From assembly GCA_053919585.1 (NCBI GenBank), contig CM132803.1: 64,000 nt of DNA; one strand, given 5' to 3'. The translations under genes were made by a program, and so were the position numbers. The stretch comes from Euprymna scolopes. Its lineage: Eukaryota. This document shows, piece after piece, positions 1 to 12,570 of this stretch. Position 1 is the first letter of the stretch. The number at the start of each line of letters is the position of its first letter. The notes under the pieces were generated by a model. That model saw nothing but the letters and a program-made list of their open reading frames with translations. It was not told the origin of the DNA and did not search any database.

Positions 1-51
1 TATGTGAATATGATAAACCTACGACGCACAGAATTTCATTTTTAAATACAC

Positions 52-132
52 AGTACCCCTGTAGCTTATGTCCCTGATAGTATCCCCCTACATCAAAGTG
101 GCAACGTGCCTTGTTTGGGGTGAAAATGTAAT
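52..132 (+). mobile_element. 3' tail fragment of CR1/L2-type LINE family A
   Basis: GTCCCTGATAGTATCCCCCTACATCAAAGTGGCAACGTGCCTTGTTTGGGGTGAAAATGTAA matches the reverse complement of the 3' ends at 14770, 34510, 41335 and 54190. Confidence 0.8.
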
Positions 133-739
133 AACAATTTTAAAATATGTGTCCAGCCCAAGTTTGCATTAAAAACCAAACATATAGAAACTATAGCGTG
201 TGCGGCGAGCGGACAGAACGTTTGTTCTCGATGCTTTGTCGTTTCTGATAAAAATCACAATGAAAGGACTGGCGCCATACTGACTGAACGCTTCCGGTCT
301 GTTTCTGAGTGCCTGAGTAGAACCAATTCGCCGCAGGTACTGTGACTATTTAGATTTCTTTAAAAGGTTTCTCTGATTGTCCCTTACATTGCAAATTCTC
401 TCTCAATATTAAACGCCTTTCACGAGTGCAAGAATGGCACGGTATACAGTCATGACATCATGTCTCTATACGTATTAGTTGGAATTCACCGAACTGTTTA
501 CATTGTTGTCTGTAGTGTTCGTCTGTTAATTTAAAAGGAATTTAAATTGAAGTAATACAATTGAAAAGTAAATACAGATTTCACAAGAGCCGCTGTTACC
601 GATCTGATCGTCTAGGACATTCCCATTTTACACAAAACCAGCCCTAATTATGCTTGCTACATAAAATGTTAGCGTTTTATACTACGCAATAGTGTCTCCT
701 AGAGTTATTTAGAAGTACTACAATTGAGCGAAACGGAGT

Positions 740-1160
740 TTTTTTATCTTCCTTTTATCCCAAACAGGGTACAGGGCCAATTAATCGTAAGGGGATACTA
801 TTTGGATCAGCTTTAACGGAGGACTATTCATGGAGTTGGATAGTGAGATTTCAGATTACACTTGAATTTGTGTATGTCAATACAGTTAGGGATTAATAGG
901 CCCGAAAGATAATTCCAAAGTGCAGCATCTTCAGGATACAGGATCTTTTAGTGTATGTGTGGAATTATGCTGTCGTCGAGTTTGTTGAGGGAATTAGTGC
1001 CGAGAGGTCACTAATGCTCAACGTTTGTATGAGCCCTGCCATTGAAATTTTTGTAATAAATGCACAAGTTTTTTTGCGATAAGACCGGATTGGAGTTTAG
1101 ATGATAGTTCAGGACTTATTAGATTGGTGACTCTTTTCGGAATCATTACATTGCATTTTT
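740..1160 (-). mobile_element. Old, diverged 3' fragment of LINE family A
   Basis: Minus strand reads SKLQS..LCIYYKNFNG and ...CIDIHKFKCNL, homologous to the family A C-terminus (LCLFYKYFNG...CTDMQKFKCNV); ends in a similar 3' UTR and A tail. Confidence 0.65.
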
Positions 1161-1699
1161 ATTCAGTTTTGATTAAATGTACAAAAAGTTATATAAAAAG
1201 AAGATGAGAAAAAGCTAAGCATTATGTGATTCAGTGAAGTGAATGGCAGAAGGTTTAACCCTTGGGCGACGATGGTAATTTTGCACACATTGTTTACGAT
1301 GGGTGTGAATTTTTGCATATAACATAAATTCAGGTGTAGGGTCTTTGAAAAAGATTTTTTATCAAAACAAAAAATACAAACATTTAAAATGGGTTTTATT
1401 CATTGAAGAATTTCCATGGGCATTGAATATACCATTGTTGCTGTTTTTTTGTAATAGAAAACAAGATGTAAATAATTAACAGCCAGCGTAGCCTAATGGT
1501 TTAAAAGGAATACCTAATTTCCAGAATAATAGGAAATAGGGTTAGTAGAGAGCATGAGAAGTCAATAATTATACGACGGTATAAAACACAACAAATCACG
1601 ATTTATGTGATTACCGAGTCTATGTTTTATTTCTATGAATCAGCGACGCTCATATAAAGGAAACTAATTGCATTCATACTAAGTTGAACCGAACAAAAT

Positions 1700-1960
1700 C
1701 GGCTTCGAAGAGATGCTTGCTGATCCTGTCGCTCTGTGGCCCGGGTCCGGAACACTGATGTCTATGTAAGATGATCGGATATAATGAGGGAAACCAAAGC
1801 AGTTACTGTGGTGAATTGTGAGTATCCAAATACATGTAGTTATGTGCTGGTAGCTAGTCAAAGTGATGCTTCTATTCTGTCAGAAACATTTTTGATTATA
1901 TTGGAGATAATTCCTAAAGCGCATGAAGTCATCATTGTCTGATTCTTGTTTGTAGTCAAG
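1700..1960 (-). mobile_element. Possible highly decayed LINE apurinic endonuclease fragment
   Basis: Frameshifted VSDRIE..LTSYQHITTCIWILTIHHSNC resembles the CR1 EN region around GDFNxHH; weak. Confidence 0.25.
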
Positions 1961-3271
1961 GGATTATGTTACGAATATTGACTCCAAATCCGTGCAGTGT
2001 TTGTCTGAGTCCTTATGTCAAAGTTGGGGATAAGCAATGTAAATGTGGTTTGAGATAATGCAGGGATGTAGGTTTTCACCCAGCGCAAACATATAAGGGG
2101 GAGTTAGGGGAAATGAATCTACATCGTCTTAGTTTATTCTACGTCCAAGGATATTTAAAAATAAAGGTGCCGAGAGGGGCGAGGAATTAGATTTAATTGA
2201 GTGTATATATGATTTTCACGTTTTTCTATCATTTCACTTAATTGTTTCTGTTTTGAAGTAAGAGATATTGGACAAAGTGGATATGAATAATGTCAAACAT
2301 GCGATAATAGAAGACTATCAGTCGACTCATCTTCAACAAATGTGGCTTCGAAAAAGCCTATTGGAGATGAGTGAAAGACAATATTCTATGCGAGGCATGG
2401 CACTACCAACAGTCTGATATTAAACAACTGATGATAGAATAGTCGTTCCAAGCGCTATTAAAAAGTTAGGATCTCTGCACTGTCAATCGTAACTCAGCGA
2501 CTAGATAAACTGTCAAACCAGTATTTTCAAACCGGTAAGACAAGCGTGGTCAAGTCCAAACGCATGATCAAACATATACCATAAGGAAACCCAGGTTTTG
2601 GTTTGCAAACCGGTAATCCGTTAGAATCACAATTTCTAGGAAGATTGTCGATTAGTACAAAAATAAATCCGCCACTCGTACCTTTGGTGTAAAGAAGTAT
2701 CGGATCAGTGGCACAACTTTAACATCAGAGTGTCCCATATTTATGATTGAAAGTCGAACGAGATCTACAGGTTCATCAGCACTGACTATAGAAGCCTCTT
2801 GACTGGGTTCAAGGTCATTTATTTTTATTTTCCTTTATGGGTAGTTTGGATTATTTCAGTTATAAAGAAAATTAGCATTCATGTTTTGGCAAAATCTGCC
2901 GTTTCCATTATGTGTCACTTTTGTCAATAGTAATCGAAAAATGTCTATCTCTATCTTTATAGCTATCTGCACTATTATATAAAAGTCACATTGAGTGTGC
3001 GTGTGATTTTCACTCTTGTAGCTTCTAATACGGCTGAACCTATCCTTTGTAAATTTCACGCAAACATAACTTATATGTCTGCCAGTTTTCTTAGGTATGT
3101 TTTGTACAGAAATTCATCCGAGAATAGAAAAAAAAACGATCTTAAAATATTTTTGTTTCTCACAAATGAAAAAGAAATTTTACAGGGGATTATTTTATCT
3201 GACACCGGCAAGAAAGATAACAAATCTCACCAAATAATTTCTTCTTAGAAAAAACAGACTTGTCGACATTT

Positions 3272-3343
3272 TTAGATATAGCTCAGTGGTAGAGCATTCA
3301 ACAACGGATAGAGTGATCCCATGTTCAAGCCCGGGTGTACCCT
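3272..3343 (+). pseudogene. tRNA-Cys(GCA)-derived pseudogene
   Basis: GATATAGCTCAGTGGTAGAGCATTC...GTTCAAGCCCGGGTGTACCCT aligns to metazoan tRNA-Cys; anticodon changed to ACG, acceptor 5' strand broken (TTAG instead of GGGG); followed by T-runs. Confidence 0.8.
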
Positions 3344-4182
3344 GCGGTTTTATTTTATTTTTTTTATTATTAATGAATTCAATCTGTCTATATCTATCTA
3401 TCTTTCTTCTCTCTATAAAAATAAAGCAGTTGATGTAGATGTTTAAAAGTAAACTCTTAAACAACTTGTCACATGACACTGAAATTAACCGGAAATTGTA
3501 ATCATACACTAAGAATGGTTTACAACAAGTAAAATATTTGTTTGGATAGATAACGCATACAGGCATATATCAGTAAGTTGAAATGTGAAACGTTCATTTC
3601 TACACGCTTACATGTTATTATTTCTTTCTGCGCATGCTCACATAAGTGCCATTTCTCCAAATCGTTTTATATAAAGAGTTCAATTGTCTTTCTCTCGATA
3701 ACAAAATCTGAAGAGATCGGGGTTGGAAGGCTAAATGTTTTGGTTTCGATTCTAGCTGATGGCAACAAGTCATTTTTAAAACCTTTTGAAACCATACCGT
3801 TGTATTAATAAATACGAAATCTGCATGAATTTAACGATAATATAAGTAATGATTACATTTTTAGAAAACTATTGTATTTTTTCACATTTTGCAATTTTCG
3901 TAACAAATTTAAAACTTTATTGTTTGTAATGAATGAATCAATAAAATCTCTCACAACGGACAAGGAAATTAAATATAGTGTTATAGAAACTTTGCCCGAC
4001 AATGGAGAAATTGTTAGTAAAGATTTTGATAAAAAACTCTATTTGACTAATAGTATCTTCTTGAGTTAACTTTATTTATTTTTTATATCAAGCAATACGG
4101 AATATTGCTAGAGATTCTGAAAATGAAAATATTTATTAATCATAACTTTATTATTTTCCTTAAAATTTTTTCCCCTGTTCCC

Positions 4183-4342
4183 TTTAGATAATTCTTTTCT
4201 CTAAATATTTTTATTTACTTTTAATAACTTATGTCGTTTACTTTAGAGAATTTTCGTTTTGTCTTTAAATATTTTTATTTACTTTTAATAACTTATCTCG
4301 TTTACTTTAGATAATTTTTGTTTTGTCTTTAAATATTTTTTC
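4183..4342. repeat. AT-rich tandem repeat, ~60-65 bp unit, ~2.5 copies
   Basis: TAAATATTTTTATTTACTTTTAATAACTTAT(G/C)TCGTTTACTTTAGA recurs. Confidence 0.75.
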
Positions 4343-5369
4343 TGTAAATAACAAAGAATTTATTGTTAGCAATTGTTAAACTAAATATACGAAAGCAACC
4401 CTATCATTTTCTTAAAATTACTCTATCAATTTAATAAACAAATATTATTTCACCGACAATTCTTAAATAATTAGCCAGAATAAATATAATACTTTCAGAT
4501 AATAATATATTCGAATTCCGTTTTCTTAATATGAATTCTAAGTTAAAATTTCTATACAGATCAATTGCCTCGTGTATTTTACATTTTTACGATATGATAA
4601 ACAAAATGCAGTAAGTTATATTCGACATCTTATCGAAATATACGAGAAGAATATTTAATTTCCGTGAATAAAATTTTCATAATATTATAGTCCAAACAAA
4701 AACAAAACATCTATATACCATTTAAACCTCATCTGGCGGAAATCCGCTAAAATACCTAAATTATGCTCCGCCAATATTTATAATTCAACAAGAATGAAAT
4801 CAACCAATGAAAGTTTGATAGGAAACAATCATTCAAACATAAACAGAAGTTTACGTTCCCATTTTTTTAAAACAAAATTCAATAAGATTTGAATTTGCTC
4901 AAAAAACAATAAACTTTATAAGGTTTGTATTCATCTACTTCGCGCCAGTAGAAGTTGCAAGACGCAGTTGCTACGGCACTTCAATATTGTAAGTTCAACT
5001 CTATTCTTTTATACATCGTATTCCGAAATTATTTTACATCAGAACTTCATATTATTATTGATATTACTATAAGCTATCGTTAGAGTGTTAAAAATAAAGA
5101 GATAGGTCTTACACAATGTTATAGTCTTCAATAAGTGGTTTATCACTTAAACAAAATGCGCTGTCCTTGGCAACCGAGTGTTTGATTCGGTCCCGAAATC
5201 TCTCTTTCCATTTAAAATATGATATGAAAATCCGGCCATTCTGCAATATTGCGTAGTATGATTTAGGGGTTTCAGTTTGGAGAATATTATTATGAGGAAA
5301 TATTTGCAAATCAGTTTGTAGCACCTTTCTTAAATCACCTACCGTTAAAGGTACTTGTCCAATAACATA

Positions 5370-5950
5370 AAATCTTTAATTGCACAAATTACCACATAGC
5401 CCGATGATACATTCATTTAGTGACCTGGTGACTAAGGTCTTTTCAGATATTGCTCGAAATTTCCGCAATGATGGATGGCTTCTTGAAAGCGCAATATTTG
5501 CTCCTAGACATGATTATGTAGATATGGTCGATTTTAATTTTTGGCTACAGTTATCAATCTGTTAGTTATGTTATTGAAGATCAAGCAGTAGAATTTCCTG
5601 TAGAATTTACTGCACTCGCCGGGAAAGCCACATCATAACTTAATTTCGAAGGAAAGGGCTCCAGTTATATTATTAAGACTTATTGATCCATCTAAACTGT
5701 GACAGGGAACACGGTTAGAAATTAAATCTTTGAGATAAATGTTCTTGAAGACATTATATAACTAGAAAAAATAAGGATGAAACTGTGTTAATTCCTCAGA
5801 TTCCCCTTACGTCTCTTGACACGCAATTTCAGTTGAAGCGTAAAAATTAGCAATTAAAATAGTTTTGCTATGTCTATAAATAAAGCCATAAAGTCGTTGG
5901 ACATATTACTTTTTATATGGCTAGTTGTATGTTTGTGGCTCACGCATTGA
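5370..5950 (+). mobile_element. Helitron RepHel PIF1 helicase C-terminal remnant (stops and frameshifts)
   Basis: WLLESAIFAPRHDYV (cf. WLCERAILAP), EDQAVEFPVEF, APVILLRLIDPSKL.QGTRL, ETVLIPQIPL, FQLKR, FAMSINK and a degenerate GQLYV.CSR-type motif. Confidence 0.85.
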
Positions 5951-7290
5951 AATTGTTGCACACATTTACACTCCTGTTGCTTGTGTAGGGGCTCTTTACA
6001 AGTATTACTACAGGTACACTTACCGGCGTTTAAATATGTATTGTTTGCACAAAAATGTTTATTATTTCATTGACAGAATAGATTACTAAGGCCATCTATG
6101 TTTATTGAATATTACATAGTTACAAAGGGGGCTTAACGAGTTTAAGATATGAACTAACATATAAAAACAGTTTGCTGTTTTTAAATGATATTTTGAAGAA
6201 GAATAGAAGATAAAGGAGTAAACCAGAACAGCAAATAGGGGGCTACCGGCGAGACCGCTATAAAATTAAACACACTAACTTATCCTACCTCATGAGACAC
6301 ATACTTCATTGTGAATGTATGTCTTGTTTAATCAATTCGATTATAACAGATAAGACAGAATATCCAAATACATACTTTTCAGAAACGATTTCATTTTATT
6401 TAAATTGACAATAACAATTGACAATAATTTGACAAAAGATTTGTCCTTTAAAAACAAAGTCTCCTCATCAGCAAAAATAGGGGAATCACTTAACGACACC
6501 AAAACAAAATTAGCATTTTAGTCGTGAGTAAGGCAGATATTCCCTTTTTATCTCCACTATAAAATCTGTTTCAATTTGAGTCAATCTATCTGTTGGCCTA
6601 ATTACTAAATATATCAATGTCGAGTCTTTTTCTAATGCATAACACTATTTACCTATTTAGGTTTGCTAGTAGTCTTCTAATTATTGCAAGACACATAAGG
6701 TATTTTAATATTTTCCTATAGATAAAAAATCTTTACATTTCTTTTAACAAAATTAATTCATTTAAGTTGAATTTCTTGTATTTCGTCTAACTATAATACA
6801 ATGCAAATGTTGTGCGGAAACCGTCTTCTCATGTCAAATTTAAATATATAAAATACAGTTTTATTTTAAAGACTATTTCAAAGTGTGATTAAAAAGTGAT
6901 TTGATTACAATGAAACTAGTTCAATTCTGTTGTTTCATTAAGTTTCACCAATACTTTTCCGAATCATGTATTTACAGGATCGAAACTCCACAGCGTGCTA
7001 ACAGTCATGATTAACGTGCTGATAATCAGTCGTAGGATTGGAGTTTCACATGCACATGTCTTCACCACTACCACCACCTATAGTCAGCTCCCCATTCAAG
7101 TACTAATTGAAAGTCTTGTTTGTGGAGAATTCCGAAAACATTTTTTTACTTACATATACTTTATAACCTTGCGGAAGGTGTTGCATGTCAAGATAGATCC
7201 TTTTTCCAACACGGTAGACGACCACATTTGGCAATTAAATCTTAGAAAAAAAAATAATTGACAAATCTTTTCATTTGTATACTTTATTGA

Positions 7291-8432
7291 TATCAAGTTT
7301 ACAAGAAATTGCTTGCGGTTTTTAACTATTCAATTCAGATGAACATATCTCGGCTTAACCAGGAAATTTTGGATCAAAATAGGCAACATCAGAGTCAACA
7401 CACCTTTGCTAATTCAAAATGATTGTGTTTATGCCAGTAACATAGTATCTTGCCTTCTGGTGGCGATGAAGTCGTTGAAGGCGTTTTTGATATTGGTAAT
7501 CAGAGTATGGCGGATGTGTTGTAGCTCTGTTAATTGAACGCCCACTGAGTTGAATTCGTAACTTGCGGTGAAATATTTACGTGAAGAAGAAATGGATCTT
7601 TTAGTTAATTGATACTGCATGTTCTTGTTCAAGTTCCTGGTGCATTTCATTCATTTGTTGACAGTACTTCTCCGCCGTAGTGGCATCGCCTGCATTCCAA
7701 ACCCGCAATAGATGAGACCAGTTAAAGACCACTAAACAGTCAGCATAATTTTATTTGGTGCAACTCCGGCATCGGGAAGTGTAACAGAGCTTCGCCAATT
7801 TCGTGAAGAACTCTCTTATCATCACAAGTCACATCCCTGGAGAAACGCGTTGTTTATGTTGCGAAAAAAATGAAAGGGGGTGGGCACGTCATAAGGGTGT
7901 TTCTTTTGGGATTCGTTCAATTCGTGAAGCATCCATTTATCAAGTATTTTGTGTATACAATCTCCTTCAAGTGGCGGGAAAAATCATATACGTTACGTCT
8001 AATTCAGAAGCAAGTTCTCGAACAGATGTGCGTGGATTGGCATCGAGTAAGTCTCGTAATTTATCGTTGTTAACATCAGATGGCCGATCATAACCCTCAT
8101 TATCTTCAAGACTCTTTTTAATGTCTTAAACCACATTTATGCAGTAGGGGTTCGTAGCCCAAACGCTACGTTGATATCTAAAACTGTTTTAGTAGCTTTT
8201 CATCGTAACTTCAATTAAAATTAAAACAAAAATGTGCATATTGCCTTTTCTTCAACGTTGCATTAAACGTTCTGAAAATAAAGCATATTTAAAAAAAATT
8301 ATTGTAATTTAAATAATTATACAGGACTAAAGACGGTTTTTGAAATGATATACATAGTAAAAGTATATTATCAAAACTTATTTTCAAATACAGTATTAAA
8401 ATTTCCGCAAGATTCTTATTGTCAACCTCATA
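7291..8432 (-). mobile_element. Decayed mariner transposon with degenerate TIRs
   Basis: Minus strand KWMLHELNESQK (WVPHEL), VTCDDK, KIMLTV.WSLTG, TAEKYCQQMNEMHQ, AFNDFIA, CVDSDVAYFD; TIRs TATCAAGTTTACAAGAAATTGCTTGCGG and TATGAGGTTGACAATAAGAATCTTGCGG (revcomp at 8405-8432). Confidence 0.85.
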
Positions 8433-9096
8433 GTAAATACCGCTGTGTATTTATTAATGTGCACAGTTTCTATTTGTGTTTACTGTTACGAACCAATACA
8501 ATATATGGTGGATAATTGTATTTTGTTTCGTGTTTTTCTTAGTCCATACGTTACGTTTTGAAAATTGGACAACTACAACTTTTGAAAGTAAATGTGCTCC
8601 TAACATACAAAATTCGCGGAATTTGTCTTTAAAAATCTAGTTTAACAACAACGACAACAACATGGTTTTTACCTTTGTTTAGTGTAGCCTTGCTTTCGAG
8701 GGGCGGAAACTCATATCCCTGTCCAGGGTTGTACGATTGGCTATATTTAACATATCTGTTTTATCAAAATATTTCCTACCGTACTGGTTCTGCTAGTTTA
8801 GTTAATAATTTCGAATTGGTCGATTTTTCTAATATGTTTTACCTATTTCATTAAGAGAAACTTGGCGACAGTGCTTAATAAATATTATTATTTCTAACAT
8901 TGCTTTGTTTAACCGAGCAATAGCAACTCTGTATATGTATTATAAAAGATATGTCGCTTATATAGTTAAACACGTTCCGTGAAAGAAAAAAATGTAAAAA
9001 ATGCCATGAATTCAATTGTTGAATGTATTAATAAGCTTTACAATACTTCCTTATTTACATGGAAAAGAAAACAATTGTGTACTCAACCGCCTAATA

Positions 9097-9173
9097 CAGG
9101 GTATTTCAAAAGTCTTGGGAACATAACGAGATATACGCATTTGTAATGTTCCCAAGACTTTTGAAACACCCTG
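9097..9173. mobile_element. 77-bp Tc1/mariner-type mini-MITE (MADE-like)
   Basis: 28-bp TIRs CAGGGT(A/G)TTTCAAAAGTCTTGGGAACAT with one mismatch, TA on both sides. Confidence 0.85.
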
Positions 9174-9384
9174 TATATGAATTTACAAGCCTTATAAAAT
9201 AGTGCAAGATTCTTATGCTTATACTGAATTTTTAGTCACGTGCAAGCGCCTCTATAAGTAACTACGTCGGTCCGTCGGTCTGTCGGTCGGTCTGTCGGTC
9301 TGTCCGTAACATTTTTGTGCTTGACCTTATTGGTTAAGAGCAAAGGTTTGTTGTTAATAGATGCTGTTCTTAGCTTTTTAAGAT

Positions 9385-9425
9385 TTTTCTTAGCCTTTTG
9401 GCAAAGATCAAAGTGTAGTATCTGT
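9385..9425 (+). ncRNA. U2: U2 snRNA 5' fragment (stem-loop I + branch-site recognition sequence)
   Basis: TTCTTAGCCTTTTGGCAAAGATCAAAGTGTAGTATCTGT vs U2 TTCTCGGCCTTTTGGCTAAGATCA(A)AGTGTAGTATCTGT; no Sm site or 3' half. Confidence 0.85.
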
Positions 9426-9838
9426 CCGGCAGATACTGCAAGCAAAGACCATATGTGGGGGCAACTCCACATATAAGACCTTGGTCAATGTAGGGGCAAC
9501 CCTTCATACCAATTGTCACTATCCAGCTCCCCTACTCCCCGGGGAGTTGGTCCCCATTTCCCCTTCACTCCTCACTTTAAAAATCGGCCTTGTGCCTAAT
9601 TTGCTCGGTGGGGGAGCAAATAAATACCATCTGTCCGGCAGATACCGCAAGCAAAGACCATATGTGGGGGGAAACCCCACATAAAAGAGCCTGGTCAATG
9701 TAGCGGAAACCCTTCATACCATTTGTAAGTATCCAGCTCCCCTACTCCCCGGGGAGTTGGTCCCCATTTCCCCTTCACTCCTCACATTAAAAATCGGCCT
9801 TGTGCCTAATTTGCTCGGTGGGGGAGCAAATAAATACC
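9420..9838 (+). repeat. Two tandem copies of a 209-bp GC-rich, highly structured unit
   Basis: Copies at 9420-9628 and 9629-9838, about 95% identical, several hairpins, each ending in AATAAATACC. Confidence 0.9.
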
Positions 9839-9885
9839 CTTTTCTTGGCCTTTTAGCCAAGATCAAAGTATAGTATCTGTTCTTA
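9839..9885 (+). ncRNA. U2: U2 snRNA 5' fragment (second)
   Basis: TTTCTTGGCCTTTTAGCCAAGATCAAAGTATAGTATCTGTTCTTA; U2 similarity stops at about nt 48. Confidence 0.85.
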
Positions 9886-10507
9886 CTACATGTTGTACTT
9901 ATGTTTGCAACGTTCTGATATAAAGTGTGGGATCACTTTTTTGTATTAATTTATGTAAAATGACTACCCACTTTACAACCAGTTACTCTTAAAGCCATTC
10001 AAGTTATTCTTCAGATCATTAAGTTGTTTGTGAAGGATTCCAGTTATTATTTAAGCATTCAATCCATCTTTAAGTTCATTAAAGTCATTCTAAGCCATTT
10101 CCTTTTTCTTTATTTAAGTCATTTCAACCTATTTTTCGGTCATTTTAGTTTATCTTTAAGAATTTATTGTCAATCCTACATTCACGCATTCATTCATTAC
10201 ACGAGAACACGCGACTAATTGCTATCGGCATTGTTTACATTGAAAAGAAAACAATTGTGTACTCAACCAAAATGCTAGTAACTCCTTACTTAGAAGAATG
10301 AAAATAAATTTAAGTTATTTCCTTTAAAGGTAACAGGCGAACATTGTTCATAATAAAAAAAAAAATTCTGGAAAACTAATGGATACTAGGATCGTTTGTA
10401 TCAAATAGAAATATGTTAGAGAGATTGATATGTTTCGGTTATTTGCTTGAAATAAAAAAAACACTATGTTATCTTTAACTACTTAGGTAATGATCACACA
10501 CACACAC

Positions 10508-10541
<34 letters not shown>

Positions 10542-10772
10542 TTCACATTAAAAAGGGCCGAAAAGATGTGATTTTGAAAGAAACATTTTCATTTTTTTCA
10601 AAGAACTTTTGTATCCCTACACGTCAACACATAGGAAATAAATACACAATAAAGATATAAACATTTATAAAAATAGACGAGAAAGATATAAACATGTATA
10701 CATTTCTTATTGATATTGTATCCATATATATATATACATATATATTTATATATATATATATATATAGTGAGA

Positions 10773-12570
10773 TTTTTTTTTACATGGAGGTCACCACTTT
10801 TGAAGGCCCGGAGGCCACTCAGGGATAAGGGTTATTGTATGTACAGTGATCAATAAGATAGTAATGTATAAATCATAGGTATTGGAGATTTGATGAAGAC
10901 ATACAAGTTGTAGTTAGGTGGGAAACAAAGGGAAGAGATTTCCACAGTCGTGCTACTCTGCGAAAGAAGCTCGTTTGGATTTAGGCACAGATAAAGAGTG
11001 GGGAAAATTATTGACAGTAGTTTCAGTCAGACGGGTGTTTCTCGTGAAAGATTGGCGAGGGCGGACCAGGGATTGGAGCTCAGACGAGCACTTGCTATGG
11101 AAATAAGGATAAACCAAATACAGGCTCGCAACGTCTCTCCCGTGGGAGAGAGGTTGCAGGGAAGAGAAAAGGGCATCCCCCACTAAGCTACGAAGCCTAT
11201 TTTTTACTATGTCAAGGCAGGATAGGCTGTTTTTAGCAGCTCCTTCCCAGATGTAGCAGAAGTACTCCATCATTGGACGTACTTGGCTTTTATACAGGTA
11301 GAGAATTGCATCAGTAGTGAGATATCTTCAGTGGTAGAAGGAGCCCACCATTTTCCCAGCGTCCTTGTCAAAAGACCTGATTGATGTACGTGTTCCATTT
11401 CAGATCAGGAGTAAAAGTCAAACTCAAAAGCTTGTAAATATATGGATCCTACCTAAGACGAGAGTAATCAATTTCAATTGATGCCAGATGGGGATAAGAG
11501 CGTTGATGATGTAAAGATAAAAGCTTGGTTTTGTATGCATTAAAATCAACCAGCCACATCTTCCCCATTGTACCACGCGCTCAAGATCAGAACAGATAAT
11601 TAGAGAGAACCTTCTCATTTACGGCCTTAAATGTGTTGCCATAGATGGTCGTGTCATCAGCATAGATTTCAACGAATGATGTTTTGGGAGATCATTTATG
11701 TAGATCAGCAAGAGAGTTGGGCCCAGGATTGACCCCTGAGGGACTCCAGCATTAATACTGAAAGCCTCTGATTTCTGCCCATCAACCACTACTCTTATGA
11801 ACCTATAGGAGATAAATGATTTAATGATTGAGAAAACATTACCAGTGATACTTTAGCTGGAAATCTTGTGAAGTAGACCCTTATGCCATACCTTATCGTA
11901 GGCCTTTGATATGTCAAGAGCAATTGCCCTGGAAAGAAGCCTTTGTCAAGAGATTCACTAATCCTATGAGATATAACCGTTAGCACATATGCTGTAGCTC
12001 TTGCAGAGTGTAAACCATATTGCGTGTCACTAAGACGGTTGTTTCTGATTAAGTGGTTGGCTACTTCTTTATTTGATATGGATTCCAACAACTTACTCAT
12101 GGCACACAGGAGACTTATCGGTCTGTATTGAGAGGGAGACGACTTTTCACGTACGGTGGAGAGGTACATCTGAAGACTTATTTTATTTCATTTTTATCTG
12201 AACTGATACAACGGAGTGGTCGGAGGATACCAGAGGAGATAGAACGGAACATGAACATAGCTCAAGGGAAGTTGAGAGAAAAAGGTCTAGAAGAGTTGCA
12301 TACTGACCGGTAGTATCGGGCACACGGTTGGGTTCGTGAACAATCTGAGTTAGGTCATAGTCATTGAAAAATCATGACAAAACGTCCCCTCGTCATCGTT
12401 CTTATTTGAGTGGGGCAGCCATTCCACACTATGGACATTGAAGTCACCGCAAATATGAATGTTAGCCAAAGGATGAGCAGGCAGGAGGTGGTCCATTTTC
12501 TCATATATGCTCTTAAAGATCTGTTGTGGGGGCGATAAAGGGCAAATATAAATGTGGTGTAAGATACTAT
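10773..12570 (-). mobile_element. CR1/L2-type LINE family B, decayed (EN fragment + RT + 3' UTR, internal deletion)
   Basis: IFALYRP...NIHICGDFNVH (EN); YRPISLLCAMSKLLES, QYGL, GVPQGSILGPTLLLIYINDL, YADDT (RT); MEYFCYIWEGA, LQPLSHGRDVASL; poly-T at 10773. Confidence 0.92.

Larger units (their letters stand above)
9231..10236 (+). mobile_element. Non-autonomous Helentron (HINE/DINE-1-like)
   Basis: Starts after a T-run with subTIR TAGTCACGTG plus a short inverted partner and a (GTCN)n microsatellite; 3' subTIR CACGCGACTA, short stem-loop and TT end; degenerate internal tandem repeats 9985-10170. Confidence 0.75.

Noticed and set aside
1255-1400. piggyBac end (TTAACCCTT...)
   Set aside because: No matching opposite TIR or transposase found
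3272-3343. Functional tRNA with ACG anticodon
   Set aside because: Cys-type body with broken acceptor and anticodon stems; pseudogene
9385-9885. Functional or intron-split U2 snRNA gene
   Set aside because: Both pieces are the same 5' portion; no stem IIb, Sm site or 3' stems
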